Assembly: GCA_951406725.2 (NCBI GenBank)
Contig: OX597823.1
Span: forward strand, 34,844,001 to 34,908,000
DNA length: 64,000 bases
From: Octopus vulgaris
Lineage: Eukaryota
Direction: 5' to 3'
Position 1 is the stretch's first letter; each line of letters begins with the position of its first letter. Shown piece by piece: positions 46,801 through 59,167 of the stretch. The translations under genes and the position numbers were made by a program. Below the pieces are notes generated by a model. It worked only from the letters and a program-made list of their open reading frames with translations, searched no databases and was not told where the DNA came from.

Positions 46801-49800
46801 AAAGAAAAGTTTCTGAACTGAGAAAGAATGTGCTCTGTGTGTGTGTGTGTCAGGTTGGTATAAAATGTAATGGCTGATGTTAAGATCTCTATTAAAAATA
46901 AAAAAGCCCATGATTTAGACAATATTTATTCATTAACATAATTTCCATTGCTTTCTAGAACTTCATTCCATTTGCCAACAAGCTTGTAAAATTGTTTAGG
47001 TTTTGATGCAAAATATGAATCCAACTCATTTTCAACCTCTTCTCTTGATGTCAATCAAAAACCATTCAAATGGTTCTGTAGTCCCTGAAACAAGTGATAA
47101 TCTGAAGGAGCAAAGTTTGGAGAATATGGGGGATGAAGCAATATTTCCCAACCAAGCTCTTCCAAGAGATCTTTGGTCAATTAAACTGTGTTAGGATGAG
47201 CATTATCATGGTGGAAGATGACACCCTTTCTGTTGACTAAACTGGATCAGTTTCTGTTTTCAAATAATGAAATTGATCACAGTAGAGATTAGCAGTAATC
47301 TTCCTTGTTTGAAGTTCTCCTCTTAATTGTTGAACAAGTCTTCCTCCTCGACAGATCCACAATTGGCAGCGTTTAATGTTATGGTAAAGGATCCACTTCT
47401 CATCACCTGTAACAAGCCTTCCTAATAATGGTTCCTTTAAGGTGTTGTGAAAGCAATGATTGACAACAAACAACATGTTGTAGATTCTTTGGAGACAGTT
47501 TGTGCAGGACCCATTTTCCAACCACTGAAACCTTTCCGATCCTTTACAGTTGACACAGAACAGTTGTATGGGATAGTGTATGCAATGAATGATTATGAAT
47601 GTGAAAGAAATGTAAAGAATATTTGGTGGCTTGCACATAACCCACTTTATATTCAAGAATAACAGCTACTAATTTCATTCTCTCTTTATATTATATTATA
47701 GAAATTTCTTTTCAAAAATGTCTGTGATATTTAAAACTTGACAACATTTAAGATAAAGAGAATGGTCTACTTGAATCTGTTATGCAACATATGTCCATTA
47801 TTAAAAACATAATAGAGAATAAAGAAGCTGATTATATAAAATAATACATTATGAACAGATGGGAGAATGTCGCAACATTAAAACATAAAGGCAATTACCT
47901 TTACTGAATATGTGAAAAGTGTATGCTATGTTAGGATAAGTAGGAGATGAAAGCAGATCGTGTGGAACAAAATAATACGTTTCTTTGTGGAATCTGAGTT
48001 GGCTCTGTTGTGGAGTTCAAATTATCAGTTTTATAACTGTGGCAAAATTTTCTTGAATCTTCTACACATTTCTTGAATGCTTGTTGTCATTGTCTGATGA
48101 GTGCCAGCTGCTAATGACAGGCTGATAAACGTTTATATGAGTTTCCCATTCTCTCAAGGCTGTTTGTACTTTTTATGTTGAATTATGGAACAATTGTGCA
48201 AAGAGTTAAACTGCTTTAAATCTACCTCATTTAACAATTGTTCAACAATGAATCTTGATAGGCAAGTCAAACATCATAACTTAAATGCAACTTGTGTTTA
48301 TCTTCCCCGCTCAATGGTGAATATGACATCAAGAATCAGAGAAACTGAAGAAAGAAATACAATCATTTAAATTCACTTAATGTTCTTCATAACTTTATAT
48401 CTTTGAATCCTTCCGACATTTCACTAAGGCAATAACAACAAGAGCTAGTCACAGATCAATTGTTATATGATTTTCTCTTTGATCTTCATAAGCAGTTTGA
48501 TTACCAAAGCATCTTTCTAAAGCATCTCCTTTACCTGTGTAGTATTTTATGATGACACTGATATACTAATTATTGGATATGATACCTTCCTGTATAACTT
48601 GATTAACTATCCAGCTAGTAATCAGATATCTTACCGCACTAGATATTTTGAGCATCTCTGCAACTATTCCTGATGGACCCAGAGCTTTCCTTCTCTTCAA
48701 GTTCCTAATTGATTCATTTACTATGCTGCTGTCAACTTGAATTGCTGGTTCCTCCATAGGATCAGAATGAGATAGCCCCTCTATATTGCATGCATTCTCC
48801 ATATTCTGCAACCTGTCATAATAGCACTTCCATATCACTTTCTTGTCTTCCATATCTATGGTGTATGCCTTCATCATTCTGAAAACACTTCTTACTAATG
48901 AGGTCTCACTTCTCTCTCACACACTGTCTTGCAATCCTGAACACTTCATGCTTTTGATACTCACTTTACAAGATGCATATAATTTTTTACAGATATTAAT
49001 ATTAAATAATTAAAGAAAGCGAAAGTATTACTGTTAACATTACTTTATATTTCTCTTCATCTCCCAATATTTGGGGATTTGTTAAACCATGAATACAAGC
49101 ATCCAAAAGGTCATTGTACATCTTCTTTTCCCAAAGACCACGACACAACTATAAAAAGAAAAAATATAGATTAAAGCAGCAAAATGAAATAATATTTTTG
49201 AGTTCAACTTTATTTTGGTGCAAGATAATTCAAAAATTTTTTTTTAAATTATATCCAAAAATACACACAGCTAAAATGCATTTGCTTATATTTCTCTAAG
49301 CTCAAGTTTATCTGATAAATATTGTATATCATATTTCTGCTGATACTTTGTTATCACCTATTCTTCCCATGATAGCATGATTTTGAAATTTCTGCAGTAT
49401 TGCCAAACTGATTAACCTTTCTTATCTGATATAAGACTCAACATCCAAAGATTTGGTTTCACCACTACTTTGCATGTCTTACACTGCCACAAGTAATTCT
49501 CAATCCTCATTGCACTTCCTGGTAAAGTCCAGGCCAGGTGTCTAGAAAAGAGATATAGGGAAGAACATTGTGGCTTTCATTCTGAATGCTGCACAACCCA
49601 CTAGATATTCACACCATGTTAGGTCTCCAGGAAATTGTGAGAATATTGCTTAAAGGTATACTCTTGCTCAGTAAACTTTGCTATGGCATATGACCTCATA
49701 CTGCAGAACATCTGTGGAGGGTTTTACAGCATTCTGAGATTAATGGGCAACTTCTTAGTTGTTATGAAGTCCCTATATAAAAGTTTATGTTCAGGTAAAT

Positions 49801-52800
49801 AATGCTATGTCGAAACCTTTCAATGTGGGTGTTGTCACCTCTCTTTGCATGAACTAGATTGACATGTACACTCATTGTGGAAGTGGTATCACAGAAGGTA
49901 TAGGATTGGTAAGCTGATATTTGCAGATGGCATAGAAAGTGCAATGATGATTGCTTCTCATAAGATCCAATGGAGAAATTACCTGAGGACTCTACCCTCA
50001 TGACCCTCCCAGGAATAGTGGGCAGAGAAAATGGATTGTAAAACAGATTGTTACATTCAATACTCATAGTCCATATCAATGTTGTGATCTGTACTGCATA
50101 AATGGGTTCTTAATGCCCAGTTACATTCTTGTACAGATCATATTGTCTCAACTGTTTGTTTTTTTTAGGTGGAGGCATACAAGTAATCCAATTGACCATA
50201 CAACTCCTTTCTTTCCATTCTCTACAAATGTTATGTATTGTTAATGCCTATGTCTTAGTAACATGCAGTATTACATTTTATGCATGTTTCAAACTGTTAG
50301 CCTTCTAAACAGAAAAAGAATCATTTTAGTATAAAAAAAGGTATCACACTCTAACATTGTTCCATCCCTTTCTTATCTAGTCACAATAAGTTTACTGTAA
50401 CCAATCAAAGCATTAATTATGCCATGTAGATAAATGCCTACTTATAGTGGATTTATGAATAATTTACAGTTTTATTTTATAACCTATCTTATCTAAACCC
50501 CAGATTTCCTATCAATTTACCACTGAGCCCATTGCACCTCTTTTGTGACTATTTCTTTTATTGGGTGCTTAAAAGTTTTTACTTATCTATCAAATGTATT
50601 TTCCTAATGTCAAAGATAGTTTATGTTCAAAATTACTAATTAATAATTCAATTTTTGCCATGTGAAACATGACTGGAAACAACTATTCCAATACATCAAA
50701 AACTAGGATAGTTTATAAAAATAAAATGACACCAGAGTAAATGAAAGCAAGAAATGTTTACTCGTAGTTCATACTCACTTCAGAATAATCAGAAATTATT
50801 TATAAAAATGCTTAAGTACAGAGCAAAGCTTTGTGAATTGACAAAAAATCTTAATTGGCATAACATTACTAATTAGTTCAAATACCATAACAAAGAAATT
50901 TAAAAAAACATCATGTTAGGTGTGTATATTCATAAAGAAGGTTTACACATACCATCAAAAATATATCCCAAAGATCATCAGCAGAAACAAGTGTTTCTGA
51001 AAAATATTCTAAAGAGAAAAGAAATAAATTAAATTATTTAGAGTTTAATCAGTTATCAAAAATACAAATAGAGAAAAATGAGTGATTTTTTATTGTTATG
51101 CTAAGATCAAATGTTTTCTTAAGATGGATAATATCCTTCCTTAACCGATCTTGCACTGATCCATTGGTATTCTTAGCAAAAGCTAGAGCATCATCCCTAT
51201 AAATAGCGAAATATACACAAGGAAAAGATTTTCCTAATGTGTTAAGCAGGAATAGCCCAATGAGATTGTATGTGCCTGCTCCATCATATGACCCCATGTT
51301 CACATCAAAAGAATCATCTGTGTCAGCTGTCTTGACCCACTCTGTGTTCTTGCTGAAGAGCAAGGTCTTTCTAGCATAGAGGATTATATCCTTATCTTGT
51401 TCACTAATCTCTGTAAAATCACTTGCAAAAGTGAGGGCTTTATCTAGCAGTTTTCTAGAAGTAGATGCATAGAAATCTACAATATCAAATTGTGTAAATC
51501 TTGCTTTATTCTTAATTCTAATTACTTTAAACAATTTCTATACTATTGGACCATTGTACTAAATTAGTTGCTCTTCTAACTTTAGCATTGATTTTTCTGA
51601 AATATTTTTAGAAATTATACCAATTTCTGATTTTGCAAAATGTATGTATATTTGCAAAATGTATGTATAATGTGTATGTGTGTGTGAGTGTATATAGATG
51701 TGTACACGTGTATGTATGTATATGAGTGTAGAACTGTGTCTGGGGCATAACTGTGGCTTTCATGCACATATGCTTGAATATATATGCGGGTGTAAGTGTG
51801 TGATAGGAGGATGTATATGTATATATATATGTGTGTGTGTACATATGTACATATATGTATATACATATGTGTGGGAGTGTGACTGTATACATACATATAT
51901 ACATACACACATATATTTATATGTATAAATGTCTAAATATACATGTATGCAAGCATACACCTATATCATCATCATCATCGTTTAACGTCCGTTTTCCATG
52001 CTAGCATGGGTTGGACGGTTCGACTGGGGTCTGGGAAGCCAGGAGGCTGCACCAGGCTCCAGTCTAATCTGGTAATGTTTCTACAGCCGGATGCCCTTCC
52101 GTGAGTGTAGTGGGTGCTTTTTACATGCCAGGGGAGGCTGGCAACGGCCACGATCAGTTGGTACTTTTTACGTATTGCCTCATTTATTCCACAGTAATTA
52201 AAATCATTTGGATGGAAACGATATAAATTCTGTAGACAAGGTCAGAACAGTACTGGAGTTCAGAACAATACAAGGACAAGTGAATTTTGGAAGAGGGACC
52301 TTGCAAATCTACCAGATAGACGGAAGAGCATTGTAGAAAATCAAGGAAAGTATATTTTAGATTAAAAAAGAACTTTATCTTAATTTTGAAAAATAAAAGA
52401 AAAAAACTGCATTATTTATGGGATGACCCAATATATATATTACACACGCAGATACATGTTTTAACTTGGCAGTGAATGTTTTTCTTTGCTTTTTTTTACT
52501 GCAAATTAAATTTTTCAGAAGAAATGACATTTGGAAGGAGAGAAAAAACAAAAACAAAAATTCTTTACCTTTCTTCCCAATGTGTTGGTAAAAATATTCT
52601 AAACTTTCAGCACGGCTTCTTCGACTCATAAATTCAAATATAACTGAAATAAAAAGAAGTAAATGGTAAAATCTGAAGAATCTGGAAACTTCTTGGGGGA
52701 AAAATTTGAATATTCTATCGCAAACTGATATTACTTAGAGTTCTTTTTTGTATATCTTCTCTAAGATTGGTTTCTTTTAGCACCAAGAGATCTTTATCTA

Positions 52801-54386
52801 AATATCTTTACTGATACAATTTCTTGCAGGCTATAACTATACTTGGATCATGAAGGTAACCTCAGTGGTAAGAACTTGTACCTTATTTTACTATAATCAT
52901 CAACAGGTTGAAAGCCACCTATGTAAATATGTGAGCAGGTAGTGTTGTCTAAAGTTGGCAGTGTTTTGACTCAGTAGAAAGTCTGAAAACTCCTGATTGT
53001 TATACACTGTGGAATGAAATGCAAGAAAAGTCATTCATTAAAGATAAATAAGTTAAACTATAATTTCTAGGAATGATAACAATGCTCTGGTTGCTGGTTT
53101 ACTATCTTTTAAAACCTTTCACCACCACTAACCATCTACATTCACACAACACAACTTCAAAAAGCATTTAATTAACTGAAAACCAGATACAGAGGCTCTA
53201 TTCACAAAACTATTCTAGGGTTGTAATCTCCAATAGCTGCTAAGATTATTCAGCATAAAATGATATTTTATATACTCAATATGGTCAAAGGACAAAAATA
53301 TGAAAACACCTGTCAAGGTGGTGGAGTAGTCCTGGTCACTAAATACAAATATGGTAGAGTCTCACATATGTAATACAGTGGGTGAGTTGATAAACCTCAA
53401 GAAATGGAAATTATTCTAATAATTACTAGACAAAAACATCCTCTAGGCAGTCTTTGATTTGCTGATGGTAAAGAGGAATGCTAAACCTTGTCAATCTTAT
53501 TGACTGAAGGCCATTAGGTATAGCCCTCTTTTTCTAGAACATATTTTTATTAAAAAGGGGAGATAATAGTCACAAGATCTGTTGCTTTAAACTTTTGGAC
53601 AATCTGAGGCAACAGTTTTAGTAAAATGTGCAGAGCTAATTTAGGTGCAGCTCCTGTAGAACTGTTCAATCCATGCCAGCATAGAAAACAGACATTAAAT
53701 GATGATGATGATGATTCAACCTGACTGCTTACCTATGAAGTTTCTTTCAAACGTGAAGAAAGACTATTGCCTTCACAAACTGCATTTAGTATGGTGTAAA
53801 GGAGATCAACATTGGCTCATTACCAGAAAATAGCCCAAGAGAATTAATACAAAATTTAAAACAAAAATAAAGATAAAGAAAAAAAGTGGTTTACCTTTTC
53901 TGAAGACTGGCTTCCATTCATCTCTGACATGACTGAAAAGTAACTGTTTTGCACATTGGTAGAACTCATCAAAACGGTTAAGGGAATAAAGCAAGTGGCA
54001 TTTGTGAACCAGCAATATGTGGTCCTGCAGATATAAAGAAAATACATCATTTTATAGAGTGACATGCAGAAAAAGTAATGTTTTAGAAACAGTAATGATG
54101 AATGTAATTACCTAAAACAATTTAAGTATATGTATTAAGTGATTAACTGCAACTTGGTGTTATTTAATTTAGGGACGGAAATAAGAAAGGCTCTACTTTT
54201 GTGAAAGAAAACCTACAAGTGAAATAAACCAACAAATATATTCAAAACATTTTCATTTGAAGAAAGTTTTTATATGAGAAAAACAAGATTACACTATAGA
54301 ACAGAAAAGAAATAGTCAAAAGAAAGTAATAAAGAAAAAAATATGTTGTTGGAGCCTCATATGTCAAAACCAATGGGAGAGTTCAT

Positions 54387-54446
<60 letters not shown>

Positions 54447-57400
54447 TTACATATACCTAGGAGGAGAATATATATATATATATATATATATAGATAGGGA
54501 GAGTTTACGAAAAAAACAAAAGACGAAGACAGGTGGTGTACAAAACAAATACATGTATTAGTATAACGCTCAGGAATAGAAAAAGTCTTTTACGTTTCGA
54601 GCCTACGCTCTTTTACATGTGTATGTATATAAACACACACACACACATGTATATGGTCAAACTGGATGCTAAGATCAAGGGATGTCTGGAGGCTGTGGTG
54701 TAAGCTGAGTGCAGGTACTGTGAGTAAACTGTTATCTCCTAGCCATAATCTAGTTGAAATTTTTTGATCGAAAGGATAGTGTTTTCTTTTCTTTTTATGC
54801 AAACTGTCAAGTTTAGCCCAAACACCCAGTATGTCTCTCTCTCTCTTTATATATAGTACATTAAACCAACAAATGAATTTATCAAATAATTTACCTGTCA
54901 TGCCAATTTAAAATATAGCAAATATACTTGTACTATTATTGTGCACACATTTGTCTCAAGCTGTAAGAAGTAATTTCTAAATTTGGATAATGAAGCACAA
55001 AGGTATCTCTTTTAGTGCATTTAAATAAAAATGTAAAATGCTGACTTACTCGTTTAGGTGGATTGGAATCTGATGAACCTGATTAAGAAAGAAAATAAAA
55101 ATATTTTTAAAAATGCAAAATATAAAAAACAAACTATTTTTTACAATTCTTCATTTATTTCTAATACAAGCAAAACGCTCCCCATCTAATAGACGGTGCT
55201 GAGTTGTCAAACATTTAAACCAAATTTTCTCAAAACAACTTGTCCGACCGTCTCATAGGCCTCCCCTTTGAGAAACACTGATTTAACCAGCAAAAGAAGA
55301 AATAAAGATAGACTTTTTTACTATTCCAAAGAAAAACGATTTTATTCACACAAATATCCAACCAAAGAGTTTAAAGTACCAGTTGACTGGGAGAACACAA
55401 ACATGGTTTAAACAGTAAGCTTGACTGGAAAGAAACTTGCCTTTAAGCAGTACAAAAACAACAAAAAATGGAAGGTGCAGTTATGTACAGGTTGACGAAA
55501 AAAAAGCAGGACAAAAACGATGCACACAAATGGGTTAGCTGGAGGTAAATTTAGATGAAAAGCATGAAGAATTTATGAGAATGTACCTGGGACAATAAGT
55601 TTATCCAATAAAACATGTAGGAAATCAACTTGGGCGATTTTTGATGAAAAGCAACAACCTAAGGAACTAAGTAACTAATTTTATTATTTCAAGCCAGCCA
55701 GCTTTTTTTGTGCAAACTGCATGTGCATTTTTCTTGCAGACGCATAGTATCGATCGCAACAGCTGATGTACTTGCATGTACGAATGCACATTCCCGCGGC
55801 TTTATCGATCACATTCTCACCTGGAATCAATTTTTGTAATTTTTTCAAGACTTATACATGCCCTGATACCGTCGGTATCTACATACCAAATTTGAGAGCA
55901 ATCGGATGGAGGATGCCCGAGATCCGAGAAGACTCACACACACAGACAGACAGAACGGATTTTATATAATAGACGATACTGCAAATCCAAATTTTGTACT
56001 GATCATTTAGAACAATAACATAAGTAGATAGGTATTATGGGACAAGTCAAGTAATATTCTGGAACGTATCTCATTTTATATTTTTCTCAAAATAACTGCT
56101 TAGTTAGAAACCAATTTCTTTCCACTTATTCATCTCAACTAGAAATGAAAAATAATTTGAATCACTCTAGATGGAAATTCTCATTTCATAATTTTGCTAG
56201 GATAATATACTGCCAAGTATCAATCGTTATCAATTACATCTTGTCTTGCATTAATGATACCAAACTCAATTTTCTTTAAAGTCATCATTATATTCAAAGA
56301 ATCAAAATTTAAAATGCTCTTGGCTTTCATACCACACCAAAATCAACCATTTATCACATTTATCAACTTAACCTTATACCTAAGTAAGAAAATAAATAGT
56401 CTAAAGAATTTTAAAGTTCTATATCATTATTACAAATTGAAAGTACAATCTAATACAAAAGTACCTGGAAAACTGCAAAAGACTTACCTGGTATGGTGAG
56501 AGCTTCAACTGCATCTCTAGAGTGGCCAAGTTGCTGTTGCAGAGCAGATAATGATATACGAGCGCCAGTGTGACTTGGTGCTAACTCAACCACTCTTTGA
56601 TAAGAATTCACAGCACTCTCAAGTTCACCCAAACAGTTAAGACATTCACCATATTTAAGCCAAACAGCAGCCTAGAAAAAATAAATTTATTTTTACAAAC
56701 AATGAATAATTATAGAGTAATTAAGATAATTAAAGTGGTCTTGAGTCAAGTAGGCACAGGAATTTGCCATGTGGTTTTTAAGTTTGTTTCATAACCACAT
56801 GGTTCTGGTTTTATTTTTTCTGCATGGTACATTGGGCAAGTCTTTCTCCATAGCTTTCAGCTTCACCCAAGACTTGTGGGAAGTAAGTAAATAGAAATTG
56901 TACAGAAGCCTATCAGATAGACTGTACCGGTCCCTGAATGGTATACTTCATACACCACTCATTTTTACACCATCACTTGGCCTCTGGGTACTTTTAGCAG
57001 AGTCCACCCAACTGCAAGAATTTGGGCGAGTCTCCAGTCTAAGAGTAACACATGAGTCAAAGTTTCAATACTTTCTCCCCTACCAATCTCCAGAAGCCCT
57101 GTAAAATGTAGTGGATACTACTCTTCTTCCATTGATTAAGTCATAACAAAATATAAGAAGTAAAAATGAAAATAAAAAATTTAATATTTGCTGCTGCTAT
57201 CAATTTGCTGTCAGCAGTAAGTACACAATGATTACCATTGGCACTACAAAATGCATATAGATGTCAAAATAGCTGCAGTGTAAGACAAATACTAATCATC
57301 AAGTCCTGAAGAATTAAGGCCATCCTACAGTACTTATGTCTACTCCACAAATTTCTAATGCTGAGTTTTCTATCATACCAGAAGAAACAAATTTTCAGTC

Positions 57401-59075
57401 AAAAATTGCCAAAATAATCAAGTTATATTTAAATGAAAACTTCAGGGTAAATTTTATTAGTATATTCATGAAAACATGATTTCACTATGTAAACAATTTA
57501 GTTACTCTGTCCAGCATTATTTTACATGATATCTGAGTGTTACAAACTTTTGGAGATTTTTTCCCATTTTTTTTTCACTTTGATTTCCTAAAATGTTTCA
57601 CTATTGACAAAAACTAGATAAGTTTCATTTTGTCAAGCAGCAATTTGAGTTCAAAGTATTTTTGAAAGAAAACATGGTCTAAGCAAATATATGACAAGCA
57701 TAAAAACCACATGTGTAATTATGAAGATCTTTCATCTTGAAACCAAAGATGGTCATTTTTCCTCTAGCACTGACTTCAGATGCTCAAGTTGCTCACAGTA
57801 GATCTTTGTTATCATTTGGTTTTGGTTTAAAGTGGACTAAACTTTTCATATTCCACCAAACAGATAACAACACCTTACATTGGTGAAGACCTTCTTTAAC
57901 CTGGGGTGCTGGTTTTTCTCCTTTCCCTACCTACTGTCATTGGCACTTGACATTTTTATAGAGAACCTATTTCTCGTCACCAGTCACTATTCGGTCATAA
58001 AAAGATTCATTCGTGAGACATGACAGCAAAGAAGAGCACACAATCACTCTCTGTGCGCGATTAGACTCAGAAAGTTTGTGAGGAACCCATCAACCCAATT
58101 TGATGACTTTTCCAATAGCATCCAGGGGTCAATGAATGGTTGAATGACCAAATCCAAACTTCTCTGCTAGTTCCTCAACAGTTACAATGGGATTTTGTTT
58201 CACCAGGGTTTGCAGAATGTCCTCATCAAGGCTCATCTTCTAGGCTGTACTTTCTGGCTCGGAATTTCTGGAACCACCTTTGACACTGGCCTATGCTTAT
58301 TGTCTGATCCCCCGATCCCCATATACTGCATTAATATTCTTCACACTTTCTAATTTCATTTATTTCTTCTATACAACTGCTTGTTTGGAATAGTAATGAT
58401 GAGTACAACCAAATTCAGAGCATGAGGAACATTAGATTGGATGAAACTAGGAACAATGGAATTTTTGACGAGGTTACAACATGTTTTTGTTGTTTTAAAA
58501 GCAAACAGTGAAATTTTGGTGGTGAGGGAGGGATCGCATGCAGGTTTAGATTGTAAAAAAAAAAAATTAAGTTGCAGAATACAGTATGCTAAAGCATCTT
58601 ACCTTATACTTCACATGGTAACTGAACTTATCAACATTTGACAAACAGTTATAAAAAATTCTGAGAGTTTCTCTCAATCATGGCTAGAATCAACAAATAA
58701 ACAACACTTACCTAGCAAAAAATAAGAACTGACTTACCTCATTGTATGTAGTTGAATGAACAAGAACTGAAAACAGAGATTTAGCCTCTGAGTAAAGAGC
58801 ATTTTCCATATATGCTTCTGCTATATCTAGATACAGGTCTCCAACTTGTTCTATATTTTCTTCATAAAAAGGCTGCATCAAAGGCTAAGAATAAAAAATA
58901 TATGCACCAATAAACTACTCATTTAAACAATGAATGAAAAAGCAAGGTAATACATGTTATAATGTGCGTGTGTGTGTGTGTGTGTATGTGTGCATGCATG
59001 TCTGTGTGTGAACACACATAGACATATATGCAAATATATAAATTATATATATATACACATAAGTGAATATATAAT

Positions 59076-59167
<92 letters not shown>

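Noticed and set aside
46704-46817. Possible GTF3C3 exon ([13 protein letters not shown]…)
   Set aside because: In-frame stop before any donor; the gene model closes without it.
47899-47925. 27-nt candidate exon HTLFTYSVK with AG/GT ends
   Set aside because: No homology and not required by the model; such sites arise by chance.
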